A DNA stretch of 64,000 nt from assembly GCA_963708185.1 (NCBI GenBank), contig OY970195.1:1248001-1312000 (forward strand), given 5' to 3'. The notes under the pieces were generated by a model. It was not told the DNA's origin. It did no database searches and saw only the letters and a program-made list of their open reading frames with translations. Source of the DNA: Candidatus Peregrinibacteria bacterium. Lineage in GTDB: Bacteria > Patescibacteriota > Gracilibacteria > UBA1369. Of this stretch, positions 49,536-59,243 are shown piece by piece (position 1 is the stretch's first letter; the number at the start of each line of letters is the position of its first letter). Made by a program: the position numbers and the translations under genes.

Positions 49536-49721
49536 ATATTGAGCTGTTTGTGATAGGTGGTTAAATTAACATAAATTTATATATTTGTCAATATTTCTGT
49601 GAGCTTGAGGGACGAGGTGGGAATTTGAAGGCTTTTCCCCAAGAAAATGCTCGACGGAGCGTTGAGTTTTATGGTAAAAAGTGGTAAAATATATAGATAA
49701 ATTTTACTAAAACAAAACGTT

Positions 49722-52502
49722 ATGTTGAAAGCTTTTTCTCTTCCGGACGCCCGCGACATGGTTGTGCGCGTTCTTGTTCTGACACTGGTCGCCTCGGCGA
49801 TGGGTGTTTTTCATGTCAGCACGACCAAAGCAAGCGATCCGACGGCCACTCCTCCATGCTACGACATCATCGGGCAGGGAAAGGCAGTTCCTGTCAGCGG
49901 TGTGAACAATTCTGGGGTGGTGAGTTTCGATCCTTCCGGAGGAAATCCCGCTTTCCAGTATGAAGCCTGTGCCGAAGATCCGGACGGTGATCCGACGGTT
50001 GGAAATTTTGAACTGCGAGGATGGGCGTGGGACGACAACTTGGGCTGGATCAGTCTTTACTGCGGTGACGAAGGAGGCGGTGGTTATACCAACCTCGGAA
50101 TTCCCTGTGGCACTATCCAGTACGGTGTCCAGATCGACACCAGCGGAAATTTTAGCGGGTACGCCTGGGGCGATAACACCGGATGGATCAGTTTCAACAA
50201 TCCCGGTTTCAGTCAGGTCAAGGTGGATGCCACGAATCCGACCTGTCAGGGTTATGTGTATGCCGATACCGATGCTCCGGATCCAAGCTGTCCGGCTCAT
50301 ACCAAAGCCGACACTGCGGCCTGGAGCGACAACGTGGGCTGGTTCGACTTCGATGGCATTATTATTCCGTGGTACTCGTTGATTGCAGAGATTACGGATG
50401 CAGGGATCCATGTGACGTTGACTCCGGATCCTGCGACTGTCGACGCCACCAACGCTCCGGTTGCCAACGGCAGCGACAGATACACTTTGAATGTGAATGT
50501 CGTTGATAAGAGTGCCAATCCGGTCGGTTTGCCGAGGTATACCGTGACCGCTACTCCGAATTGGTTTACCGACACCGTGAAAAAAGATCAAACGATCGGG
50601 GCACAGATTCTTGATCCGGGGGTTCCGTGTCCGGGCTCACCATTGCCTCAAAATGCCGTGACCAAGCCATGCGGCGTATTGTCGGATGTCGGTTCAGGAA
50701 ACTATCAAGGCAATATTACTTCCGTCGCTCCGACCTCGAACATGAACGGCTGGGATAAAGGCAGTGACGGGACGGTTGATTTTCCGTACGAAACTTTTGT
50801 GTTGCCCGCTTCATTGCAGTCAGCATCTGCGACCCTCCAGTCCAACGATATTGGTATTTATGGCGTGACGGTTGCGGTCATCGACAACAACGCGGGAGGC
50901 GCCTGTGCCTATGGTTTTGGTCCGAGCGGTACGTGCCCGGGAACTTTGAAATATCTGCCGAGCTATCCCGTGGCGCTGAAGTTCCGTCCTCACACCAACG
51001 TCACGACGTTTCAGGATCCGAACGGCAACGATCAGTTTATCGATATTTCCGGAGGCGGAATCCCGCAGAATTTTCCGATCACCATCAGCGGTCCAGGCTC
51101 GGTGACATTTACGAGCGGCATTGATCCTTCTTCTCCTGACTACAGTTTTATTTTCGACAGCGATTCCGACGGTTTGCTGGTCTTGGGAACTGACAATAAC
51201 ACCTTGAACGTTAACTCTTCTTATCCTTCGTTGCCGGCAGGTATTGGAGTGTTGGATTCGAATAACCCTCCTCCACAGTTGATTCCCGGTGAATATATGT
51301 ATTCCGTGGTTAATGACGGCGGCGGCGTGCAGTATTACTCCAACAAACTTCCCAAAAACATTGGATCCATCGCGGCGGTTCCTATTGCTGTTTTGAGAGG
51401 TAACGTCTATTCCACCGGAGCTGCGGCAAGTACTTCCAACCAGCAGCAGGCCGTGACCTCGCTCGGTGACGTCAGCACGAACATCCTTCGCGATACCATC
51501 TTCAGAAACGTTTCCAGCATTATCGCCGGAGCGACGGCTCCAGGAACGGGTTCGGCCACGGTTTCTTACGGAAATACCAGCTGCAACGCCGGAGGATTCT
51601 GTGAGACAACTGCTCCGACGAAGGTCGGACAGTCTTTGCTCCCTGGTTCGAGCGGAACGTACGGTGTCCTGTACTTCAAAGGAGACGTTCATATCAATAC
51701 GGGCGTCAGCGGACTGTCTTCGTTGTTCTGGTGCGGTCAGACCGCCATCGTCGACATCGGCGGCAACGTCTACATTGATTCTGACGTTTACAATAACCCG
51801 GCGCTTTCTGCAACGAACTGTCCCGACACCACGCAGCCGCGTCTCGGTATCATAGCATTGAAAGATCTGGCGGCTTCCGCTGCCGATCAGGGGAACGTTT
51901 ACATCAATCCGGGCGTCAGTGCGGTCCAGGCCAATATTTTTGCCGACGGTTCGGTGTTTTCTTACAGTCCGGGGGAAGGGGTCAACTCTTCTAGCGGTGA
52001 ACCTGTTTTCAGTTCGGTGAACGATGCAGAGAACACCTTGAAGACCCACCAGTTGTATATTGACGGAAGCCTTGCTTCACAGAATACGATCGGAGGATCT
52101 TCGCTTTCGCAACCGATTACGGGAAACGGCCGACCGACCACCGATTTGCTCCAGGCACGTTTGTACGATTTGAACTATCTCCGTTATTACACAGGTGTTC
52201 TCAAACGCGGTCCAACCAACATCCCGATTCGCGGTGACGGTTATGTCCCTGCAAGCGATGCTGAAATCTCACTGGTTCATACGGACGGAACTCCGTGGAC
52301 GGCGTACGAAACACCTCCGGGCTATCTCTATGCACCTCAGGAGGTTGATCCGACGGTCGTTCCGCTCGGTGACCTTCTGCCGTCGCTGTTTGATCCGAAG
52401 AAAGATCTTGGTGCGACCTACATTTATTTCGATCCTCCTCCATCGACACTTCCAGGATTTTCGGCGGTTTCGGGAGGTACGCAAAGACAGCTCACGCAAT
52501 AA
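49722..52502 (+). CDS. Large secreted surface protein with AWxDNxGW repeats
   Basis: N-terminal TM; three AWxDNxGW units; C-terminal G[ND]V[YH]I beta-helix-like repeats. Confidence 0.75.
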   Translation: MLKAFSLPDARDMVVRVLVLTLVASAMGVFHVSTTKASDPTATPPCYDIIGQGKAVPVSGVNNSGVVSFDPSGGNPAFQYEACAEDPDGDPTVGNFELRGWAWDDNLGWISLYCGDEGGGGYTNLGIPCGTIQYGVQIDTSGNFSGYAWGDNTGWISFNNPGFSQVKVDATNPTCQGYVYADTDAPDPSCPAHTKADTAAWSDNVGWFDFDGIIIPWYSLIAEITDAGIHVTLTPDPATVDATNAPVANGSDRYTLNVNVVDKSANPVGLPRYTVTATPNWFTDTVKKDQTIGAQILDPGVPCPGSPLPQNAVTKPCGVLSDVGSGNYQGNITSVAPTSNMNGWDKGSDGTVDFPYETFVLPASLQSASATLQSNDIGIYGVTVAVIDNNAGGACAYGFGPSGTCPGTLKYLPSYPVALKFRPHTNVTTFQDPNGNDQFIDISGGGIPQNFPITISGPGSVTFTSGIDPSSPDYSFIFDSDSDGLLVLGTDNNTLNVNSSYPSLPAGIGVLDSNNPPPQLIPGEYMYSVVNDGGGVQYYSNKLPKNIGSIAAVPIAVLRGNVYSTGAAASTSNQQQAVTSLGDVSTNILRDTIFRNVSSIIAGATAPGTGSATVSYGNTSCNAGGFCETTAPTKVGQSLLPGSSGTYGVLYFKGDVHINTGVSGLSSLFWCGQTAIVDIGGNVYIDSDVYNNPALSATNCPDTTQPRLGIIALKDLAASAADQGNVYINPGVSAVQANIFADGSVFSYSPGEGVNSSSGEPVFSSVNDAENTLKTHQLYIDGSLASQNTIGGSSLSQPITGNGRPTTDLLQARLYDLNYLRYYTGVLKRGPTNIPIRGDGYVPASDAEISLVHTDGTPWTAYETPPGYLYAPQEVDPTVVPLGDLLPSLFDPKKDLGATYIYFDPPPSTLPGFSAVSGGTQRQLTQ

Positions 52503-52519
52503 AGTTCACGATGATTTTC

Positions 52520-52551
52520 AAAAAGCCCCGTCACAATGTCGGGGCTTTTTT
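52520..52551. terminator. Bidirectional terminator between convergent genes
   Basis: AAAAAGCCCCG...CGGGGCTTTTT. Confidence 0.85.
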
Positions 52552-52574
52552 GTATCGATCACGGATCCCCACGG

Positions 52575-54242
52575 CTACATCGTCTGCTGGACCTGCCCCT
52601 TGCGCGCTTTGTGGGTGACTTTGTATTCGAGGTATCTGCCGAACATGAGGCGTGTCTGCGCGTCGAGGGCGGGCACGGCACTGAGCACGATACTCACCAC
52701 GGGGATGAACAGCCACTGGAGGCACAGCGATATCATTCCCCAGAGGCCTTTTTTGCGGTTATAGGGGACGAGATTCAGACTGATGATGGCACACATCAAA
52801 ATACCTCCGGAGGCCAGCGTGAGAATATCGCTCATGATCTGGGGGAGGTTGTATGCCAGGACCGTGTCGCGGAATCCTGCGTTGAGCGCTCCCGGTAAAA
52901 ATCCCATGAAGGTGATGAGGATGGGGCCGGTTGCCCAAAGCAGACTGTTCTTGAGAAAGTCCGCGATGAGATAGATCTTGTGGGACGTTTTGATGTTTTT
53001 GTTGTACCAGAGGTTCAGCACCATGAAGGGGAAATCGCAGACCCCCCAGGCCCAGCGGCGAAGCTGGCTGTACTGGCTTTTGAAGGTTTTGACGTAGGTG
53101 TCCGACAATACGGCGTCCATGTAGACGGGGGAGTAAATGGGAACAAGGCTGTGTTTCCCGTCGTAGACGGTGTAGGCCGTCCAGAATTGGCGCGAGTCTT
53201 CCGGAATAACCGACGGATCCCAATAGTTGACGTCGATGACGGTCTTGAAGCCGATGGAGCGACTGGAAAAGCTTTTGTATTTGTCCTGTTCCATGCTTTC
53301 GGCCATGCGCCAGAAGGTGCAGCCCAAAGCCACGATGCGCGTCGCCATGGGAACGTCCCAGATGTTGTTGTGGAACATGTGCGTGGGCTGGTAACCTTTC
53401 TCGGTGCGGTGTTCCGTAGTGAGATATTTGAAGGTAAGTTCGGAAAAATAGGAGGGATGGATGACGGTATCGGCATCGAAATTCGAGACGATGACGTTTT
53501 CGTAGTCGATGGCATTGGCGTCGAGATACTGCTTGAGTTGTTTGGCGGCATAGGTGGCGTTGGAGCTTTTGCCTTTGATTTCCCCGGGGATGTCCTTGGG
53601 GTGAATCGTCGTCATGAAATGCATGAATTTTCCGCCGAAATCCTTTTTGATTTTTGCGGCGATGAGGCGGGCATTTTCTTCGTCACTTTCTTCACCTGCG
53701 AAAACCATGATGATACGGGCCGGATTATAATTCCCGTTGATGTAGGATCTGACGGATTCACGGATGAGATCGTAGCTTTCCTTGTAGGTGACGTAGATGA
53801 TGGCGTTGATAATATCGCGGGATTTTTTGTACTCGTTCTTTTTCTGAAGATGGTGAACGGTAGTCTTGAGGTGTTTCAGTTCACGAATTTCCTGCTTGAG
53901 TTGCGCATCGTTCCCTTTTTTGTTCTGCAGGCCGTGCAGCCGTTTGATTTCGTAATCGATTTTTTCGGGATAGTCGTTGAAACTTAGCATTTTTTCCCAG
54001 TCGGTCCGGAACGCTTTCCTGACGAGTACGGTAGATCTGTAGAGATTGAACGAAAGTTTGACCGAGCGAAACAGCCAGGTCACAGTGTAGACGATCATGA
54101 TGCTCGCGGCGACGACCGGCAGGAACGCCGAAAATACGATCGGCAGGATAATGGCGGCCCAGGAAAGGGCGCCGGGGATCACTTCGAGCACGCGCCAAAG
54201 CGGGTGCTTGATAATAAGCCGGTCTGTTTTCTTTTGCTCCAT
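52575..54242 (-). CDS. GT2 family processive membrane glycosyltransferase
   Basis: GK..N, DAD, ED and Q.RRW motifs with flanking TMs. Confidence 0.88.
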   Translation of the reverse strand: MEQKKTDRLIIKHPLWRVLEVIPGALSWAAIILPIVFSAFLPVVAASIMIVYTVTWLFRSVKLSFNLYRSTVLVRKAFRTDWEKMLSFNDYPEKIDYEIKRLHGLQNKKGNDAQLKQEIRELKHLKTTVHHLQKKNEYKKSRDIINAIIYVTYKESYDLIRESVRSYINGNYNPARIIMVFAGEESDEENARLIAAKIKKDFGGKFMHFMTTIHPKDIPGEIKGKSSNATYAAKQLKQYLDANAIDYENVIVSNFDADTVIHPSYFSELTFKYLTTEHRTEKGYQPTHMFHNNIWDVPMATRIVALGCTFWRMAESMEQDKYKSFSSRSIGFKTVIDVNYWDPSVIPEDSRQFWTAYTVYDGKHSLVPIYSPVYMDAVLSDTYVKTFKSQYSQLRRWAWGVCDFPFMVLNLWYNKNIKTSHKIYLIADFLKNSLLWATGPILITFMGFLPGALNAGFRDTVLAYNLPQIMSDILTLASGGILMCAIISLNLVPYNRKKGLWGMISLCLQWLFIPVVSIVLSAVPALDAQTRLMFGRYLEYKVTHKARKGQVQQTM

Positions 54243-54262
54243 AATCTAGATGTATACCAAAA

Positions 54263-55759
54263 TCAGCGGTTGTACCAGGAAAGATCGACCTCGGGATATT
54301 TCTTAAGTTCTTCCACCATGGCCGCCTGGATTTCGGCGAGTTTTTCTTTGGTCTCGGCTTCAAAACGCAGGGTCAGGTTCGGGCTGGTATTTGAGCAGCG
54401 GACGGCGCCCCAGGCCGTGTCGCCAAAGTTTACCCTTACGCCGTCAATGGTGATGCATTTGTGCCGGCGGGTGAAATGCTCGGTGAGATTTTTGACGATC
54501 CCGAATTTTTTGTCGTCTGGGCAGTGAGCCTTGAATTCGGGTGTGGTCTGCATTTGAGGAAGTCCGTCGAACTGGTGGGACATGGTTTTGTCGGATCTGG
54601 AAAGAACCTCGATGATTTTGCAGGCCGCAAGGAAAGCGTCGTCAAAACCGTAGTAGTCGTAGAAATCTTTGCCGAAAAACATGTGACCGCTGATCTCTCC
54701 GGCGAGCGGAGCGTTGATCTCGTGCATTTTTTCCTCGATGAAAGAGTGCCCGACTTTGTTCATGACGGGCATGCCGCCGAGGCGGGTTATTTCATCGATG
54801 AGAATTTTTGAAACTTTGACGTCGAATACGATCTGGCTTCCCGGTTTTGCCGCGAGCAGTTCGCGGGCCAGGAGGAGTAGGAGGTAATCGGCGGAATAGT
54901 GCTTGCCGTTTTCGTCCACGACGCCCACGCGGTCACCGTCGCCGTCGAAGCCGATGCCGAGGTCCGCTTTGTTCTCGCGGACTTTTGCCGCAAGGTCGAG
55001 CATGTTTTTTTCTTCTTCCGGGTTGGCTTCGTGGTTGGGATAATTGCCGTCGAGGTCGCAGTAGAGTTCGATGACTTCGCAGCCGACGGCGCGGAGGAGT
55101 TGCGGTGCGAAGGCTCCGGTGGTTCCGTTGCCGGCGTCCACCACGATTTTCATGGGTTTGGCCAGTTTGATGCGGGAAGTGATGTCTTGAAGGTACACGT
55201 CGAAGTTGTCTTCTTTGGTCGTGAGTTTGCCATTAGCGGTTTCGAAGTCGCCGGCCTGGATGAGTTTTAAAATTTCCTGGAGCTCGTCGCCGCACACGGA
55301 ATGGGCATCCTTGCTCACGATTTTGACGCCGTTATACTCTTTGGGATTGTGGCTGGCGGTGATGTTAACGCCGCTGTCCACGTTGAATTTGCAGACGGCG
55401 TAGTAAAGGAGCGGGGATGTGGAAAGGCCGACGTCAATGACATCCACGCCCGTGGAAAGCACGCCTTCAATGAACGCCTTCTGTAAGGCGGGGGAATGAA
55501 GGCGGTTGTCGCGGCCGACCATCATGTTGTAGTTGTAGGCGGTCGGTTTGGGGCCCACGAGACCCAAACCTCCCTCGCTTCGCCCTCGCGCCGTGCGCTC
55601 GGTTTTTGTCCCGTATTTGCGTTTCAGGTAGGTTCCTGTGCCTTTGCCGATCAGGTTCACGGTTTCGGGGGTTAAATCGGCAGGATCGGCTGGATTTTTT
55701 GGCTGGGCGATGCCGCGGATGTCATAGGCGCGGAAAATGTGCGGGTTCAGAGTGGTCAT
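54263..55759 (-). CDS. Phosphomannomutase/phosphoglucomutase
   Basis: FRAYDIRG, TASHNP, DGDGDR, GEISGH, R.SNT. Confidence 0.95.
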   Translation of the reverse strand: MTTLNPHIFRAYDIRGIAQPKNPADPADLTPETVNLIGKGTGTYLKRKYGTKTERTARGRSEGGLGLVGPKPTAYNYNMMVGRDNRLHSPALQKAFIEGVLSTGVDVIDVGLSTSPLLYYAVCKFNVDSGVNITASHNPKEYNGVKIVSKDAHSVCGDELQEILKLIQAGDFETANGKLTTKEDNFDVYLQDITSRIKLAKPMKIVVDAGNGTTGAFAPQLLRAVGCEVIELYCDLDGNYPNHEANPEEEKNMLDLAAKVRENKADLGIGFDGDGDRVGVVDENGKHYSADYLLLLLARELLAAKPGSQIVFDVKVSKILIDEITRLGGMPVMNKVGHSFIEEKMHEINAPLAGEISGHMFFGKDFYDYYGFDDAFLAACKIIEVLSRSDKTMSHQFDGLPQMQTTPEFKAHCPDDKKFGIVKNLTEHFTRRHKCITIDGVRVNFGDTAWGAVRCSNTSPNLTLRFEAETKEKLAEIQAAMVEELKKYPEVDLSWYNR

Positions 55760-55857
55760 AAACAGCAAAAAAGGTCTAAGGGAAAACAAAAAAGCCACCC
55801 AATATCTTTATTGGCGGTGTTATTCTAACAGAATTTATAAAAAAAGCAAAAGTTTGT

Positions 55858-56385
55858 TTATTGTTCTTTATTTTGAATGGTTTGGATGCGCCGGACGCCG
55901 TTCCATTTTTTGATAAGCGCGGCGACGCTTTCGGGGAGATCTTTTTCCCAGTTTTTGTTTACGAGCATTTTTTTGCGGATTCGTGTTGAGGATATGTCCA
56001 GGTTTTGTTTCAGCCTGACAATGGTGTAAGGATTTTTTCTGGTCTCGTTATAGTTCTTGTAGAGATGTTCGACAATCGGGGAACCGGTGTAGAGCGTTTG
56101 GAAAGGAGGAACGAAAAGATCGACGTAGGCGGGCCACAGCGCGGAGTTATTGATGTTGGCAATGGGAATGATGAGATATTTTTCAGCGGGAATTTTGGCT
56201 TCGTTCAAAGCCGCCTCGATCATCTGGATTCTTTCACCCGCGGTGAAGGGATTTTCCGGCAGGAAATTTTCCGCGGCGCTTCCGATGGAAATGAAGACGC
56301 GTTCATTTTTTTTGAGCGCTTGTTTGACGGCGTCGAGATGACCGAGATGAAAAGGCTGGAATCTGCCGATAAAAAGAGCGGACAT
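55858..56385 (-). CDS. Nicotinamide-nucleotide adenylyltransferase (NadM/archaeal type)
   Basis: ALFIGRFQPFHLGH, IGSA, NPFTAGER, ISST.IR; ATG at 56385. Confidence 0.9.
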   Translation of the reverse strand: MSALFIGRFQPFHLGHLDAVKQALKKNERVFISIGSAAENFLPENPFTAGERIQMIEAALNEAKIPAEKYLIIPIANINNSALWPAYVDLFVPPFQTLYTGSPIVEHLYKNYNETRKNPYTIVRLKQNLDISSTRIRKKMLVNKNWEKDLPESVAALIKKWNGVRRIQTIQNKEQ

Positions 56386-56395
56386 TTGGCGTGGG

Positions 56396-57169
56396 TTAAT
56401 TTTTGTCTTTTTTGATCTTGAGGACCGGCGGCATTTCCGTTTTGTGCTTGTTTTTTTCGATGCGTTTGAGCACGGCGTGGACGAGCGTGGGGTTGATACC
56501 GCGTTCGACGAGCTGGTCTGCGCCGAGTTTGCGCCGTTTGAGGATGGGGTCGAGCTGGCTGTAGCTTGCGCCGAGTTCTCCTTCGTCGGTCTGGCCGCTG
56601 TAGAGTTCCGCCGTCGGGGTCTTTTCAATGATTTCACGGGGAAGGCCTACGAAATCGGCGAGGGCAAACACTTCATCTTTGTAGAGATCGCCGATGACTT
56701 CAAGGTCCGCTGCGAGGTCTCCGTATTTGGTGCCGTAGCCCAAAAGCGTTTCGCTTTTGTTGGAGGTTCCCAGTACCATCGCGTCGGAGGTATTGGCGTA
56801 GTTGTAGAGGAGTACCGCGCGGATGCGTGCCTTGGTGTTCTGGGTGGCGAGTTTGTTGGGATCCCAGGGAAGGTGATAAAAATCCGTGAGAAACTGGTTG
56901 ACGGGCTGGTAGAAGAAAGTGACGTTGAGTGCATGGCAAAGCGCTTTGGCGTGATCGATGTTTTCCTGGGAACTGACGCCGAGTTCGGGCATGGAGATGG
57001 CCGTGATGTTTTCGGCACCGAGCGCGTCGATGCCAAGCTTGAGCGTCAACGATGAGTCAACACCGCCGCTCACGCCCACGACCGCGCGGTGCATCCCGGC
57101 TTTTTTGAAATATTTCGTGATGCCTTTGATGATCTGGTCGTAGATGGATTGGAGCTGTTCGTTTTCCAT
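56396..57169 (-). CDS. nadE: NH3-dependent NAD+ synthetase
   Basis: SGGVDS, N..ARIR, NKSE...GYGTKYGD, PTAEL..GQTDE. Confidence 0.95.
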   Translation of the reverse strand: MENEQLQSIYDQIIKGITKYFKKAGMHRAVVGVSGGVDSSLTLKLGIDALGAENITAISMPELGVSSQENIDHAKALCHALNVTFFYQPVNQFLTDFYHLPWDPNKLATQNTKARIRAVLLYNYANTSDAMVLGTSNKSETLLGYGTKYGDLAADLEVIGDLYKDEVFALADFVGLPREIIEKTPTAELYSGQTDEGELGASYSQLDPILKRRKLGADQLVERGINPTLVHAVLKRIEKNKHKTEMPPVLKIKKDKN

Positions 57170-57180
57170 GATATCGAAGG

Positions 57181-57651
57181 TTAATAACGTTTAAGCGTGC
57201 GGCGGATTTCAATATTCTGGGCCTTCTTTTTGAGTTCGTTGCGTCGGTCCCATTTTTTCTTCGCCGTGCAGATCCCTATGGTCATTTTAATATAATTGTG
57301 GCTCAAATGCAGGTCCAATGGCACAACGGTCGTTCCCTTGGTGTCCAGCTCCTTTTGCAGTTTGACGATCTGCATGCGGCTCAAAAGGAGCTTGCGGCGC
57401 TGATCCGCTTTATAGGACGGATTCGGGGCGTGTTTGTACGCGGAAATATGGACGTTGCGGGTGAAGACTTCACCGTCGGTGATTTCCACAAAGCTGCCCT
57501 TGAGGTTGGCGTGGCCGAGGCGGACTGATTTTACTTCGGGACCGGTGAGAACGACGCCGGCTTCGATTTTTTCCTGTACTTCGTAGTCCACGAAAGCTTT
57601 TTTGTTCTGGGCGAGGGTTGAATTTTGATTTTTTTTTCTTGAGGCGGCCAT
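57181..57651 (-). CDS. smpB: SsrA-binding protein
   Basis: NKKA..DY, EAG.VL.G.EVKS.R, RKLLL, KK..D.R. Confidence 0.96.
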   Translation of the reverse strand: MAASRKKNQNSTLAQNKKAFVDYEVQEKIEAGVVLTGPEVKSVRLGHANLKGSFVEITDGEVFTRNVHISAYKHAPNPSYKADQRRKLLLSRMQIVKLQKELDTKGTTVVPLDLHLSHNYIKMTIGICTAKKKWDRRNELKKKAQNIEIRRTLKRY

Positions 57652-57756
57652 GCGAGAATCATTGAGGTTGGTTCAACCATACTGAAACTCGCAGGTGGAG
57701 GCAAGATGACCGGCAGTTAAGGATTGCATGCTGCAGTCCGTATTTGTGTAGTAAAT

Positions 57757-57785
57757 TTGACAAAATCATAAAATATAGTTATAAT
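57757..57785 (+). promoter_or_regulatory. Consensus sigma70 promoter
   Basis: TTGACA-17 nt-TATAAT. Confidence 0.9.
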
Positions 57786-57814
57786 AAAGACTGTGTATTA
57801 TAATTATTGATTTT

Positions 57815-58699
57815 ATGACTTCGAAATAACCAAAAACAGCAGACCGCGAACAGGCGTTAAACATTCCTGAGGATGCATCACGTGATGATCTTAAGGAGGT
57901 GTTAAGCAAACTCGTGGAAACCGGTTCGGTTTCTGCGGAGGAGATTGAAGCGCATCTCGACCGGATGAGACAAACCACCGGTGAACGTATCAAAGCCGCC
58001 GCAGCTATTGAAGGAGAACTGTCCATTGAACAGGCGGAGCTTTTAAAAAAGCTTGAAGCGGATTACCCCAAAATGAAAGCCACTTTTGAACGTTATGAAA
58101 TTTCCACCAAAGGCATGCCAACCTGGGAGCAGGTGAAGAAAGGCCTTTCTCCTGAAGTTCTTGAGAAAGCTCTCAAACTTGCCGAACCTACTTTACTCCT
58201 GGTTCCACCGACAACCCGTCAATCTAAGGTTGAGGCTATCAATAAGTATCCTGCAAAAGGTCAAAAGGCTGATACGTACACCTATGACCTCAAAAATAAC
58301 GCTCTTTGGAATGGCGGAAAGTCCAAGACAGAAAACAAATGGAGGGTTTCAATCGTTGACGGTGTTCAAGATGTTGAACGCGATACCGAAATTTACGATG
58401 GCAAGAGAACAAATTATGAAATGAGCAAACTCTGGGTGAAAAAATATGAAGACATGGGCTTAGATGTTATGGAAGGAGCAGACGCCTATCTGACTTTAAT
58501 GATGAAAGCTCTGGCGGAAGGCAAACCTGTTGATCCAAAAACCTTATCAGTCCTCAACGGTAAGAACTTGACAGAATCTACTCTTGTTGCGCTCGGGGGT
58601 TGGGACAGTGCTCGGGTCAACCTGGACCGCGTTGATCCTGATTTTACCGCCGGTTACCTTCGTCTTCGGGGTTCGGTGGGGGTAGATGTGCAATCTTAG
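57815..58699 (+). CDS. Putative DGR target (CLec-like C-terminus) with in-frame TAA at codon 5
   Basis: ATG 57815 is in frame with the 266-aa ORF 57899..58699 but interrupted by TAA 57827; C-terminal G.W...RV.L....P......R.R.SV with A-depleted NNY codons. Confidence 0.6.
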
Positions 58700-58721
58700 G
58701 CTTTCATCTTTGAATTTTCTT

Positions 58722-58751
58722 AGCCCCCGCCCTGCGGGGGCTTTTCTTTTT
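58722..58751 (+). terminator. GC hairpin after the putative DGR target (terminator and/or DGR cis hairpin)
   Basis: AGCCCCCGC-CCT-GCGGGGGCT followed by a T tract. Confidence 0.75.
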
Positions 58752-58807
58752 CTTTATTTTCTCCACGAAAAATTTTAATATAGCACCAGTGGCGAATAGC
58801 AACCTGA

Positions 58808-59191
58808 CTTTCCGGTACAGATTTTCATGAAGTTCATAAAAAGGCCTTCGGGATTTACCAGGGAATAAAAAGGAAGAGCAAGCGGACTCCGTATGTGCGG
58901 TCCGCGTTTTTCAACAAGGATAAGGTTTTTTTGACTTTATTTTGGCAACATCTTTGGGATAAAGAGAAATGGCAGGATCGGATGAGACGCCTGAAGTATT
59001 ATTCAGCTGCGATAGAGCTTATTCAAAGAAGTAAATTTGCGCCTCATTCAAAAGAAAATCCCAACAAACCCTTGGAATTATTGCATAGGTTTGCCGGCAT
59101 TACCGATGAGCATCTTCTGTTTTATGTGCAAATTAAGGAAAACAAAAGATCAGGTCGAAAAGATTTAATTTCGATTTTCCCTGTGCAATAA
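58808..59191 (+). pseudogene. Probably 5'-truncated basic protein, possibly RelE/PBECR-like nuclease fold
   Basis: Frame stays open 29 codons upstream of GTG 58895 (LSGTDFHEVHKKAFG...) until TGA 58805 with no ATG; C-terminal FYVQIKE.......LISIFP. Confidence 0.45.
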
Positions 59192-59194
59192 AGA

Positions 59195-59243
59195 AAAAGA
59201 CCTCCGCTAGGTGTGGTATATAAACCACGGGCCGAAGTCTTTT
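59195..59243. terminator. Extended hairpin between convergent genes (terminator or small RNA)
   Basis: AAAAGAC...GTGGT-ATATAA-ACCAC...GTCTTTT. Confidence 0.6.

Noticed and set aside
57652-57815. tmRNA next to smpB
   Set aside because: No GGGG...CCACCA tRNA-like ends or tag reading frame; the gap is too short and contains promoters
58823-58840. Sixth TTCAT regulator box
   Set aside because: TTCAT copies are 9 nt apart rather than 11 and lie within a reading frame
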